Shown: in pieces, positions 36,217 to 45,626 of the stretch | Numbering within the stretch: position 1 is the first letter of the stretch | Layout: every line of letters begins with the position of its first letter | Source of the DNA: an uncultured Actinomycetota bacterium | GTDB taxonomy: Bacteria > Actinomycetota > Actinomycetes > Actinomycetales > Dermatophilaceae | Assembly (NCBI GenBank): GCA_963696105.1 | Contig: CAVOIP010000001.1 | Location: 376,391 to 440,390, forward strand | Length of the DNA stretch: 64,000 bases | Reading direction: 5' to 3' | Position numbers and translations under genes: made by a program | Notes under the pieces: generated by a model | What the model saw: the letters and a program-made list of their open reading frames with translations, nothing else | The model's database searches: none | Told to the model about the DNA's origin: nothing

Positions 36217-37896
36217 ATGAGTCATCAGCCTCGACACGACCACCGGCTGCGGGCAGCCACACGGCGGCGAGCCACACGGCGGCCGGCCACACGGCGCGGC
36301 GCACTCGCCCCGGTGGGGCTGGCGCTCCTGCTCTCCGCGTGCAGCGCGGCCGGCGGACCGGGCATGGCCGACGTGGTCGCGACGTCGGCGGGTGCCTCGC
36401 CGACGCTCGCGCCCACGCCGCCGCCGCAACCGCCGCCGCTGCTCACCCCCGCCAAGGTGGACGCCGCGCTGGGCCGGCTCGACGGCGTGGTCAAGGACGC
36501 CATGAGGAAGACCGGCGTGCCCGGCATGGCGGTCGCCGTGGTCTACCGGGACCGTGTCGTCTACCTGCGAGGGTTCGGCGTACGCCGCGTGGGCCGGCCG
36601 GCGAAGGTGGACCCGGACACGGTGTTCCAGCTGGCGTCGGTCTCCAAGCCCCTGGCCTCCACCGTGGTCGCCGGGGCGGTCGGGGACAAGGCCGTCTCCT
36701 GGGACGACCCGGTGCGCACCCAGGACCCGGGCTTCGCCCTCAAGAGCCCGTGGGTCAGCAACCACGTCACCCTCGCCGACCTGTTCGCCCACCGCAGCGG
36801 CCTGCCCGACCACGCTGGTGACCTGCTGGAGGACCTGCACTTCGACCGCGCCTACATCCTCCGGCACCTGCGGTACGAGCCGCTGGCACCGTTCAGGGCC
36901 AGCTATGCGTACACCAACTTCGGGTTCACCGAGGCGGCGCTCGCGGCGGCCCGGGCCGAGGGAACGACGTGGGAGAACCTGTCGACCCGCCTGCTCTACC
37001 GTCCGCTCGGGATGCGTTCCACCAGCTCGCGGTTCGCCGACTACGAGAAGGCGTCCGACAAGGCGGTCGGACACGTCGAGACCGGTGGGGTATGGCGCGC
37101 CAGGTACGTCCGCGACGCCGATGCCCAGGCGCCGGCCGGCGGCGCCAGCTCGACGGTGCGGGACATGGCACAGTGGCTCCGCCTGCAGCTCGCGAACGGC
37201 CGCCTCGGCGGCAGGCGGGTCATCGACGAGAACGCCCTGCTGCAGACCCACCTGCCGCACATCGTCTCCAGCCCGCCGCGGGCACCCGCCGGGCGGACGG
37301 ACTTCTACGGCCTCGGCTGGAACGTCGGCTATGACGACCACGGCCGGCTGATGCTCAGCCACTCGGGGGCCTTCGATCTCGGTGCGGCGACGAGCGTGAC
37401 GTTGCTGCCTTCCGAGCAGCTGGGCCTGGTCGCCCTCACCAACGCAGCGCCGGTGGGAGTGCCTGAGGCCGTCTCCCGCACCTTCCTGGACATCGCCCAG
37501 GACGGCAAGCCGTCGGTCGACTGGCTGGGCCTCTTCGGCAGGCTCTTCGCGCAGCTGGACCAGCAGGGACGGTCCAAGGTGGACTACTCCAAGCCGCCGG
37601 CGCACCCCGTCCCGGCCGGACCCCAGGCGGCTTATGTCGGCACCTACGCCAACGGCTACTACGGACGCCTCACCATCCGTGCCCGCTCCGGCGGCCTGGT
37701 GATGCTGCTCGGGCCACGCCCCACCGCCTTCCCGCTGCGCCACTACACCGGCGACGTCTTCAGCTACCGGACCCAGGGTGAGAACGCGGTCGGCCTCTCC
37801 GGCGTGACGTTCACGCGCGCGGGGAAGGCGCCCGCCGGCACGGTGACCGTGGAGCACCTCGACCACACCGGCCTCGGCTCGTTCACCCGTCGGTAG
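36217..37896 (+). CDS. Serine hydrolase (beta-lactamase/PBP-like, class C/S12 family) lipoprotein
   Basis: The lipobox LLLSAC follows an Arg-rich N-region with a short tandem ATRR repeat. The SxxK motif is QLASVSKPL. A YxN-like YTNFGF and an HSG (..LSHSGAFD) are also present. Confidence 0.75.
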   Translation: MSHQPRHDHRLRAATRRRATRRPATRRGALAPVGLALLLSACSAAGGPGMADVVATSAGASPTLAPTPPPQPPPLLTPAKVDAALGRLDGVVKDAMRKTGVPGMAVAVVYRDRVVYLRGFGVRRVGRPAKVDPDTVFQLASVSKPLASTVVAGAVGDKAVSWDDPVRTQDPGFALKSPWVSNHVTLADLFAHRSGLPDHAGDLLEDLHFDRAYILRHLRYEPLAPFRASYAYTNFGFTEAALAAARAEGTTWENLSTRLLYRPLGMRSTSSRFADYEKASDKAVGHVETGGVWRARYVRDADAQAPAGGASSTVRDMAQWLRLQLANGRLGGRRVIDENALLQTHLPHIVSSPPRAPAGRTDFYGLGWNVGYDDHGRLMLSHSGAFDLGAATSVTLLPSEQLGLVALTNAAPVGVPEAVSRTFLDIAQDGKPSVDWLGLFGRLFAQLDQQGRSKVDYSKPPAHPVPAGPQAAYVGTYANGYYGRLTIRARSGGLVMLLGPRPTAFPLRHYTGDVFSYRTQGENAVGLSGVTFTRAGKAPAGTVTVEHLDHTGLGSFTRR

Positions 37897-38001
37897 GGCC
37901 TGCACCACCGGGGGGAGGGGCCTTCTCCTGTCTTCCCTCCGGCGGTCGACGGTGGTGTGCGAGGGAAGGGAGCAGGAAGGCGCGCCCGTCACCGTTCGGG
38001 C

Positions 38002-38745
38002 ATGAACACCTCCACCACACCCACTCCATCCACTCCCTCGACCGGGACGTTGCTCGGCGTCTGGGCCCACCCCGACGACGAGGCGTTCCTCTCCTCCGCC
38101 TTGATGGCCACCGCCCGCGACGCGGGACACCGGGTGGTGGTGCTCACCGCCACCCGTGGCGAACAGGGCACCGACGACCCCCAGGCGTGGCCGCCGCACA
38201 CGCTGGCCGCCGTCCGCGAACGGGAGCTCGGCGCGAGCCTGGCCCTCCTCGGCGTCACCGAGCACCACTGGCTGGGCTACGCCGACGGCGGCCTTTCCAC
38301 AGCAGACCGGGACAACGCGGTCGACCGCATTGCCGGGTTCATCGACGAGCTCCGTCCCACGACCATCGTCACCTTCGGACCCGACGGGATGACCGGGCAC
38401 GACGACCACCGCACCGTGTCGTCCTGGGTCACCGAGGCCCGGGAAAAGGCCGCCCTGCCGAACCGGCTCTGGTACGCCACCCTGACGCCGGACTTCCACG
38501 CCCGCTGGGGGGAGGTCAACGAGCAGATCCAGCTGTGGTTCGAGGGCAGCCAGCCCCCGGTCACCCCCCGGGAGGACCTGGCCGCCGAGATCGTCTGCGA
38601 CCTCGGCCTGGTCCGGCGCAAGCATGCTGCGCTGCGCGCCCACGCCTCCCAGACCGACCAGCTGGCAGCCGTGTTGGGCGAGGAGCGCTTCGCCCAGTGG
38701 TGGGCCACCGAGTCCTTCGTGGACGCACCGAGGAGGACCGCATGA
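38002..38745 (+). CDS. PIG-L/LmbE-family deacetylase (MshB/Mca-like)
   Basis: Family motifs are WAHPDDEAF, TRGEQG and GMTGHDDHRT. Confidence 0.75.
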   Translation: MNTSTTPTPSTPSTGTLLGVWAHPDDEAFLSSALMATARDAGHRVVVLTATRGEQGTDDPQAWPPHTLAAVRERELGASLALLGVTEHHWLGYADGGLSTADRDNAVDRIAGFIDELRPTTIVTFGPDGMTGHDDHRTVSSWVTEAREKAALPNRLWYATLTPDFHARWGEVNEQIQLWFEGSQPPVTPREDLAAEIVCDLGLVRRKHAALRAHASQTDQLAAVLGEERFAQWWATESFVDAPRRTA

Positions 38746-38969
38746 GCCATCCACCGACGATGCTCGCCCTGCTGGCCGGGGAGCAGCAGCACGAGCTCGT
38801 GCGGCGCGCCGACGCGTGGGGTCGACGTACGGCACACCGGTTCGATGCGGCGCCGGCCGACCGTCGTACCCCTCGGCTGCTGACCCGACTCCGCTCTTGG
38901 CCGCACTCCCTGCACCACCCCCACCGCTGGACCCCCCAGCACCAACCCCAACCCCAGGAGGAATCATGA
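38742..38969 (+). CDS. Small hypothetical protein (75 aa) with a His/Pro/Gln-rich C-terminus
   Basis: The ATG overlaps the PIG-L stop (ATGA) and its own stop overlaps the OsmC ATG (ATGA). GC3 is only ~79%. The tail reads HSLHHPHRWTPQHQPQPQEES. Confidence 0.4.
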   Translation: MSHPPTMLALLAGEQQHELVRRADAWGRRTAHRFDAAPADRRTPRLLTRLRSWPHSLHHPHRWTPQHQPQPQEES

Positions 38970-39535
38970 CGACCACCGCGCACCAGCCCCTCAACGGCGT
39001 CGACACCGCCACGCTGCTCGCCACGCGGGAGGCGGTGAAGGGCCAGCCGGAGCTGGGCGAGTTCCAGCTCCGGGCCCGCAACACCTGGCTCACCGGCACC
39101 CACAGCAGGTCGACCATCTCCGACTTCCACGGGGCCCTGCAGGACCTGTCCCACGTCCGGGAGACGGTGCTGGACGCCGACCACCCCCAGGTGCTGACCG
39201 GTGCCGACAACGGCCCGCTGCCGGTGGAGTTCCTGCTTCACGCCCTCGCGGCGTGCCTCACCGCCGGCATCGTCAACATCGCGGCGGCGCGGGGCGTGCG
39301 GCTCAGCGCCGTCACGTCGACCGTCACCGGCGACATCGACCTGCTCGGCGTCCTCGGGCTCTCCGACGGTGCCGTGCGCAACGGTTTCCGCCAGATCAGG
39401 GCGGACTTCGACATCGACGGCGACGCCGACGAGGCGACGCTCCGCGGCATCGTCGAGCAGTCCCGTCGCCGGTCGGCGGTGTACGACGCCCTGACCAGCC
39501 CGACGCCGGTCTCCATCGAGGTCAGCACCCACTGA
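38966..39535 (+). CDS. OsmC/Ohr-family peroxiredoxin-like protein
   Basis: 189 aa with NGPLPVEFLLHALAACLTAG and a ..SAVYDAL.. C-terminal region typical of the OsmC fold. A GGAGGAA RBS is present. Confidence 0.7.
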   Translation: MTTTAHQPLNGVDTATLLATREAVKGQPELGEFQLRARNTWLTGTHSRSTISDFHGALQDLSHVRETVLDADHPQVLTGADNGPLPVEFLLHALAACLTAGIVNIAAARGVRLSAVTSTVTGDIDLLGVLGLSDGAVRNGFRQIRADFDIDGDADEATLRGIVEQSRRRSAVYDALTSPTPVSIEVSTH

Positions 39536-39555
39536 GCCAGGGCCCCCCGCAACGC

Positions 39556-39594
39556 GCCGGCCCGGCCAGTCCCTCAGCGGCGACCCGGGCCGGC
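39556..39594 (+). terminator. 10-bp-stem GC hairpin after the OsmC gene (gccggcccgg ... ccgggccggc)
   Basis: Inverted repeat read directly. The loop is 19 nt and there is no U-tract. Confidence 0.3.
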
Positions 39595-39613
39595 GCCATC
39601 CAGAAGGAGCACC

Positions 39614-40879
39614 ATGCACCACATCGACACCGTCGTCATCGGCGCAGGGCACGCTGGTCTGGCAGTCAGCCGCCTCCTGACCGCGGCCGGTCATGAGCAC
39701 GTCGTGCTCGATCGCGGACGCGTCGCCGAGCGGTGGCGCTCCGAGCGCTGGGACTCCCTGCACCTGCTGACGCCGAACTGGATGACGCGGCTCCCGGGTT
39801 TCTCCTACCGAGGCCCCGACCCGGACGGCCACCTGCCTGCGCATCGGCTCGTGCGCCACCTCGAGACCTACGCGGCCTCGTTCCGTGCCCCGGTCCTCAC
39901 CGACACCGGGGTGCGGCAGGTGGCCCGCAGCGGTGACGGCTACCGGGTCGACACCGATCGCGGCGGCTGGACCGCCCGGTCGGTGGTCATCGCCACGGGA
40001 CCGGGGGAACAGCCGCACCTCCCCGACTCCCCGTGGCGCCCGGACCCCGGCGTCCATGTCCTTCCGGCATCCAGGTACCGCAACCCGCAGCTGCTCCCGC
40101 CCGGCCGGGTGCTGGTGGTCGGAGCCTCCTCCTCGGGAGTCCAGGTCGCTGACGAGCTGGCACGAGCGGGCCGCGAGGTGGTGGTGGCCGTCGGGCGCCA
40201 CACCCGTGTCCCGCGCAGCTACCGCGGGATGGACCTGTTCTGGTGGCTGGAACGCACGGGCCGGCTCGCGCGCACCATCGACGAGGTCGCGGACGTCGCT
40301 GCGGCGCGTCGTGAGCCGTCGCTGCAGCTCGTGGGACGAGGAACGCCGGGCCAGCTCCCCGCGGACCTGGACCTGGCCACGCTCCAGGCCCGGGGCGTCC
40401 GGTTGACCGGACGCGTCGCCGGCATCGAGGGCACGGCGGTGTGGCTGCAGGACGACCTCGGGCACAGCGTCGGTGACGCCGAGCGGCGGCTGGAGCGGCT
40501 GCTGGACTCGGTGGACAGGCACATCGACGAGCACGGCCTCACCGCAGAGGTGTGGCCGGCGCGGAGACCTCGCCCGGTGCCCATTCCGAGGGCGCCCACG
40601 AGGGTGGACCTGCGGGGGGACGGCATCGGCACGGTCCTGCTCGCCACGGGCCACCGTCCGCACCACCCGTGGCTGCGGGTGCCGGTCACCGCGGCGGACG
40701 GGTCGATTTCGCAGTACCGGGGCGTGACCCCTGCGCCAGGCCTGTATGTCGTGGGCCAACGCTTCCAGCACCGACGGGACTCCAGCTTTCTCGACGGCGC
40801 CCGCCACGACGCTGCGGCGGTCGTGGGTCACCTGCGCCGAACCCGGCTGGCCGGGGCGCGGATCGGGCCACGGTCATGA
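39614..40879 (+). CDS. NAD(P)/FAD-dependent oxidoreductase (flavin-containing monooxygenase-like, two dinucleotide-binding motifs)
   Basis: Dinucleotide-binding motifs VVIGAGHAGLA and VLVVGASSSGVQVA are present. An AAGGAG RBS precedes the start. Confidence 0.7.
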   Translation: MHHIDTVVIGAGHAGLAVSRLLTAAGHEHVVLDRGRVAERWRSERWDSLHLLTPNWMTRLPGFSYRGPDPDGHLPAHRLVRHLETYAASFRAPVLTDTGVRQVARSGDGYRVDTDRGGWTARSVVIATGPGEQPHLPDSPWRPDPGVHVLPASRYRNPQLLPPGRVLVVGASSSGVQVADELARAGREVVVAVGRHTRVPRSYRGMDLFWWLERTGRLARTIDEVADVAAARREPSLQLVGRGTPGQLPADLDLATLQARGVRLTGRVAGIEGTAVWLQDDLGHSVGDAERRLERLLDSVDRHIDEHGLTAEVWPARRPRPVPIPRAPTRVDLRGDGIGTVLLATGHRPHHPWLRVPVTAADGSISQYRGVTPAPGLYVVGQRFQHRRDSSFLDGARHDAAAVVGHLRRTRLAGARIGPRS

Positions 40880-42087
40880 CGAGCCGCTACGACGCCGTCA
40901 TCGTCGGTGGCCGCGTGGCAGGGGCCTCGACCGCCCTCCTGCTGGCCCGGGCAGGGGCCCGGGTGGTCCTGCTGGAGCGGTCACCTCGCGGAAGCGACAC
41001 GGTGTCCACGCACGCACTGATGCGCGGAGGCGTCCTGCAGCTGTCCCGCTGGGGCCTGCTGCCCGACCTGGTCCGCGCCGGCACCCCACCGATCCGGCGG
41101 ACGCTGTTCCACTACACCGGTGAGGCCCCGGTGCAGGTGTCCATCCGCCGCAGCCCGGGTGTCGACGCCCTGTACGCACCGCGCAGGCACGTCCTCGACA
41201 CGCTGCTGGTGGACGCGGCTGCGGCGGCCGGTGTGCACGTGGTCCACGGGGTGACGGCCACGGCGCTGCTGCACCACGACCGGCGCGTGGGCGGCGTCGT
41301 CGCGCACGGGCAGCGGGGCACCGAGCTGCGGTGGCGGGGCGACGTCGTCGTCGGCGCCGACGGGGTCCGGTCCACCGTCGCCCGGTCGACCGCCGCAGCA
41401 GTCGAGGACCGCGCCGCCGTCACGGGATCGGTCCTGTACCGCTACTTCGAGGACCTCCCGGTCGCCGGCTACGAGTGGGCGTACGGCGGCGGGGCGGCCG
41501 CGGGCATGATCCCGACGAACGACGGGCTGACGTGCGTCTTCGTGGCCACCAGCCCCGAGCGGTTGCGCACCCTGCGACGGCCCGGCGCCGAGTCCGCCCT
41601 CACCGCGCTGATCAGCACCGCCGCCCCCACGCTCGCCTCCCGCGTGCAGAGCGGCGCGCCCGTCGGAAGGGTGCACGGCTGGAGCGGCGTCCGGGGGTTC
41701 CTGCGCCGGGCCGGCGGTCCGGGGTGGGCGCTGGTGGGTGACTCCGGATACTTCAAGGACCCGATCACCACCCACGGCATGACCGACGCGCTGCGCGATG
41801 CCGAGCTCCTCGCCGGCGCCCTCCTTGCGGCGTGGTCGGGCGCGGTACCGGAGGCGGTGGCGCTGCGCCGGTACCAGGCTCAGCGGGACCGGCTGTCCCG
41901 CGGCCTGTTCACGGCGACGAACCGGATCGCCACCTATGACTGGGACCAGTCCGAGGTGCAGGGGCTGCTGCGAGAGGTCAGCGCCTCGATGAGCGACGAG
42001 ACCGAGCTGCTGCAAGCGCTCCCGGCGCAGCGTGAGTGCGCCCTGGTGCCGTCCTGCCCGACTGACATGCTCCTTCCGCGGCGGTAG
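40876..42087 (+). CDS. FAD-dependent monooxygenase / geranylgeranyl-reductase-like oxidoreductase
   Basis: Motifs are YDAVIVGGRVAGASTALLLARAGARVVLLER, VVGADGVRS and GDSGYFKDPITTHGM. The ATG overlaps the upstream stop (ATGA). Confidence 0.7.
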   Translation: MTSRYDAVIVGGRVAGASTALLLARAGARVVLLERSPRGSDTVSTHALMRGGVLQLSRWGLLPDLVRAGTPPIRRTLFHYTGEAPVQVSIRRSPGVDALYAPRRHVLDTLLVDAAAAAGVHVVHGVTATALLHHDRRVGGVVAHGQRGTELRWRGDVVVGADGVRSTVARSTAAAVEDRAAVTGSVLYRYFEDLPVAGYEWAYGGGAAAGMIPTNDGLTCVFVATSPERLRTLRRPGAESALTALISTAAPTLASRVQSGAPVGRVHGWSGVRGFLRRAGGPGWALVGDSGYFKDPITTHGMTDALRDAELLAGALLAAWSGAVPEAVALRRYQAQRDRLSRGLFTATNRIATYDWDQSEVQGLLREVSASMSDETELLQALPAQRECALVPSCPTDMLLPRR

Positions 42088-42122
42088 CCTGTGGGGAATT
42101 CCTGCGAGACCGGGTCCTGGCG

Positions 42123-45100
42123 ATGAGCGTCCACATCAGCGTGCTGGGGGGCTTCGAGGTCACGGTCGACGAGGCCGTGGTGCCGGTCGACGCGTGGAAC
42201 CGGCGGCACGCGTCCGCGCTGGTGAAGGTGCTGGCCCTGGCACGGGGCCGACGGTTGCACCGCGACCGGGTGATCGACCTGCTGTGGCCGGACATGCCGG
42301 CGGAGACCGCCCTGCCGCGCCTGCACAAGGCCGCCCACTACGCCCGGCGGGCGCTCGGGACCGATGGCGCGGCCTCGCTGGTGCTCCGCAACGACCTGGT
42401 CGCCCTGCTGCCTGACGCCGACGTCGTCGTCGACGCCGTCGAGTTCCGCGCCGAGGGCGAGGCGGCCCTGGCCTCGGGGTCGGCGGACCGGGCGGTCGAG
42501 GCTCTGCGCCTGGATGCCGGGCCGCTGCTGCCCGGGGACCTGTACGAGCCGTGGAGCGACGAACCGCGCGAGGCGCTGCGGGGACTGCGCCTGGATCTGC
42601 TGCGGCTGACCGGCCGGTGGGAGGCGGTCCTGGAGGAGGATGCCGCCGACGAGCAGGCCCACCTGGCGATCGCCCGCGGCCACGCGGACCGCGGCGACCA
42701 CCGGTCGGCGCTGCGGCAGCTGGAGCGCCTGGACCAGGCCCTCCGCAGGGAGCTGGGCACCGCCCCGAGCGCGGACGTGCAGGCGCTGCGCAGCGCGGTG
42801 CTGACGGCACTGTCCGCGGCGGGCCGCCCCGCGCCCGGGCCGAGGCGGCCCACGAGGCTGGTCGGTCGCCGCGACGCCGGCGACCTCATCCGGGCACACC
42901 TCGACCGAGCCGACGAGGGTCGGGGAAGCACGCTGATCGTGACGGGGCCGCCCGGGGTGGGCAAGTCGGCCGTCCTGGAGATGGCCACCGCCCTGGCCGT
43001 TCGGCGCGGATGGCGGACCGGGCGAGGGACGGCCTCCGCGGTCGAGGGGCCGTGGCCGTACGCGCCGGTCCTCGAGGCCCTGGGCGACCTCTGCCGCCAG
43101 CACCCCACGCTTCTGGATGGACTCGGCGACACCTTCCGCGACGAGGTGGAGCAGGCCCTGTCGGGCCGGGCCGTTGCCTGGGGCGGCGAGACGGCTCATC
43201 AGCGGCTCTTCCTGGCGGCCGCCGAGCTCATGCGGCTGGCGGCCGCCGGTCACGGCGCGCTGCTCGTGGTGGACGACCTCCACGAGGCGGACCAGGGGTC
43301 GTTGCGGCTGCTGCACTACCTGGCCCGGTGCGCCGGGGAGGAACGGGTGCTCCTCCTGCTGGCGCACCGGCCCGACACCGACGCGGCGACGCGTGAGGTC
43401 CTCACCAGCCTGGTGGCCCGCGGTGTCGGCGGCGTGCTGGAGCTGCGGCCACTGGACCACTCGGCCACCCACCGGCTCGCCGCACAGCGGTTCCCCTCGC
43501 TGGACCAGCCGACGCTCCAGAGGATCTGCGCCGTCAGCGCGGGACTGCCGTTCACCGTGCTGGAGTTGGGCCGCGCCGCCGAGACCGGGCGCCCGCCGAC
43601 GGTCGACTCCGCACTGCCTCTTCCTGTCCAGCGGACCTTCCAGCGGGTCGCGCTCCTCGGCACGGCGTTCACCACCGACGAGCTCCTGGCCGTGGCGGGG
43701 GTCCCCGAGGAGGTGGCCTACCAGCACCTCGACACCGCCCTCAGCGCCCTGGTGGTGGAGCCCGAGGACCCGGGATACCGGTTCCGGCACGCCCTGGTCC
43801 GTGACGCGCTGTTGCAGGCGATGCCCCTCCGGGAGCAGTCCGCCGCTCGGGTCGAGGTCGCCGAGCAGCTCGCCGCACTCGGCGCCGCGCCTGCCCGGGT
43901 GGCACACCAGCTGCTGGCCGCGGGCCAGCCTGCACGCGCCATACCGTTCGTGCTTCCTGCGGTGGAGACCGGCGGCGCGCTGGGCGCGTACCGCGATGCC
44001 CTGTCCCTGGTGGACGCGGTGCTGGGGTCCTCCACGGGCGAGGCCCGTGGGCTGCTGATGGCCCGGCGAGGCGACCTGCTGATGGCGCTGGCCGACCCTG
44101 GAGCGGTGGCCGCCTACCTGGCGGCCGTGCCCGCCACCACGGGAACGCAGCAGCGCCTGGTGAGGGCGCGGCTGGCCAGGGCCGCCTGCTTCGCCGACGA
44201 GCTCGAGACCGCCGCCGCCGCACTGGCCGGGCTCGACCTGGAGGAGGACGCCGCCGACGGGCCCATCCTGCTGGCCCGAGGGAACCTCGCCTACTTCAGC
44301 GGCGACATCGACGCCGCATGGGACGCCGTCGGCGCCGCCCGCGGCCTCCTGCTGGCACCGGACGACCCCTGGCACTACGTCGACCTGGTGGGTCTGCAGG
44401 GGCTCATCGCGCACCAGCGGGGAGAGTGGTTCGAGCGCTTCCGCATCGAGCTGCGCCGCACCCGGGGTCGGCCGGGCCTCGCCACGGCCCTGTTCGACGC
44501 GCACCTGTGTGTCGCGGAGTACCTCCTCTACGGCCCGATGCCGTACGGCGAGGTGCTGGAGCTCGGCGAGGGACTCCGGCAGCGGGCTCGACAGGTGGGG
44601 GCGCTGCGGGGCGTGGCCTTCGCCACCTCGCTGATCGGTGAGGCCGCTTTGCTGATGGGGGACCTGGAACGTGCCGGGCGTGACCTGCAGGAGGCCGTCG
44701 ACCTGCACCACGACGTCGACGCGACGGCCGGTGAGGCGCACAGCCTGCAGCGGCTGGCTGAGGTCCGTCTGGCCCGTGGAGACCGTGAGGGGGCCCAGCA
44801 CCTGCTGCGGCAGGCGCTGCCGCTGGCCCGGTGGTCGGTCGTCAGCAAGCACCTGCTCCAGCGGATCTACGGCACGATGATCCTGGCCGCCTCCGACACG
44901 GCAGAGGCGTTGGTCGTCCTGGAGCGTGCGGAGGCGACCTTGGGAGTCTCCGATGCCTGCCCGTTCTGCGACGTCATGCTGGCGGTGCCGGCAGCCATCC
45001 TCACCGCCGACATCGGTGACCTCGCTGCCGCCGGGCGTCACCTCGCCGTCGCTGCGACGTCGGCGGCGCGGTGGGACGGCACCGCGTGGGAGGCCGCCGT

Positions 45101-45263
45101 CCTGGAGGCCCGGGCCCACCTCGCCCGGGCCGAAGGAGACCAGGCGGCCTTCCGTCGCCTGCTCGAGGATGCCTGCCTGCTGTTCACGAGGGCCGGGCAG
45201 CCGCTGGACGCTGCCCGCTGCGAACGTGCCTCTGCCACCACCGAACCGGCCATCCCCGGCTGA
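42123..45263 (+). CDS. Large SARP/AfsR-family regulator: winged-helix + BTAD, P-loop ATPase (NB-ARC/AAA-like), C-terminal TPR-like repeats
   Basis: The N-terminus reads ISVLGGFEVTVDEAVV..RRHASALVKVLAL. The BTAD segment reads ..EQAHLAIARGHADRGDHRSALRQLERLDQALRRELG. The Walker A is VTGPPGVGKS and the Walker B is LLVVDDLHEAD. The long helical C-terminal half follows. Confidence 0.8.
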   Translation: MSVHISVLGGFEVTVDEAVVPVDAWNRRHASALVKVLALARGRRLHRDRVIDLLWPDMPAETALPRLHKAAHYARRALGTDGAASLVLRNDLVALLPDADVVVDAVEFRAEGEAALASGSADRAVEALRLDAGPLLPGDLYEPWSDEPREALRGLRLDLLRLTGRWEAVLEEDAADEQAHLAIARGHADRGDHRSALRQLERLDQALRRELGTAPSADVQALRSAVLTALSAAGRPAPGPRRPTRLVGRRDAGDLIRAHLDRADEGRGSTLIVTGPPGVGKSAVLEMATALAVRRGWRTGRGTASAVEGPWPYAPVLEALGDLCRQHPTLLDGLGDTFRDEVEQALSGRAVAWGGETAHQRLFLAAAELMRLAAAGHGALLVVDDLHEADQGSLRLLHYLARCAGEERVLLLLAHRPDTDAATREVLTSLVARGVGGVLELRPLDHSATHRLAAQRFPSLDQPTLQRICAVSAGLPFTVLELGRAAETGRPPTVDSALPLPVQRTFQRVALLGTAFTTDELLAVAGVPEEVAYQHLDTALSALVVEPEDPGYRFRHALVRDALLQAMPLREQSAARVEVAEQLAALGAAPARVAHQLLAAGQPARAIPFVLPAVETGGALGAYRDALSLVDAVLGSSTGEARGLLMARRGDLLMALADPGAVAAYLAAVPATTGTQQRLVRARLARAACFADELETAAAALAGLDLEEDAADGPILLARGNLAYFSGDIDAAWDAVGAARGLLLAPDDPWHYVDLVGLQGLIAHQRGEWFERFRIELRRTRGRPGLATALFDAHLCVAEYLLYGPMPYGEVLELGEGLRQRARQVGALRGVAFATSLIGEAALLMGDLERAGRDLQEAVDLHHDVDATAGEAHSLQRLAEVRLARGDREGAQHLLRQALPLARWSVVSKHLLQRIYGTMILAASDTAEALVVLERAEATLGVSDACPFCDVMLAVPAAILTADIGDLAAAGRHLAVAATSAARWDGTAWEAAVLEARAHLARAEGDQAAFRRLLEDACLLFTRAGQPLDAARCERASATTEPAIPG

Positions 45264-45305
45264 GCCCGTCCCTGCCGGTGACCGGTCCTTCGGCCAGACC
45301 GTGGC

Positions 45306-45626
45306 TCAGGTGAGCAACCGCACGGCTGAGGCCAGCAGGCCGTATGCCGCTAGCCCGCAGAGCAGGACGACGCCGAGGGACCGTCCCCGGGTCGCGGCGA
45401 CGAGCCCGACGGCCACCGCTGCGGCCGCCACCGCGCCGGCACCAGGCACACCGTGGTCCCGGTACTCGAGGACGCCGCGCACGACCATCGCCGTCATCGC
45501 CGCGACCCCGGCGCCGCGGGCCACCCGGGCCGCCTGGTGGGGCACGGCCACCCAGCCGAGCAGCGGGACCAGGCGGAAGGCCAGGCTGCCGGCCGTGACC
45601 GCGAGGACCACCGCGAGCGTGCTCAT
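45306..45626 (-). CDS. azlD: Branched-chain amino acid transport protein AzlD
   Basis: 106 aa and hydrophobic. The ATG overlaps the azlC stop (ATGA). Confidence 0.7.
   Translation of the reverse strand: MSTLAVVLAVTAGSLAFRLVPLLGWVAVPHQAARVARGAGVAAMTAMVVRGVLEYRDHGVPGAGAVAAAAVAVGLVAATRGRSLGVVLLCGLAAYGLLASAVRLLT

Noticed and set aside
42123-45263. STAND-type NTPase as an Avs-like antiphage sensor.
   Set aside because: The N-terminus is a typical SARP winged-helix plus BTAD DNA-binding module and there is no nuclease or other effector domain. This architecture is that of AfsR-like transcriptional regulators.
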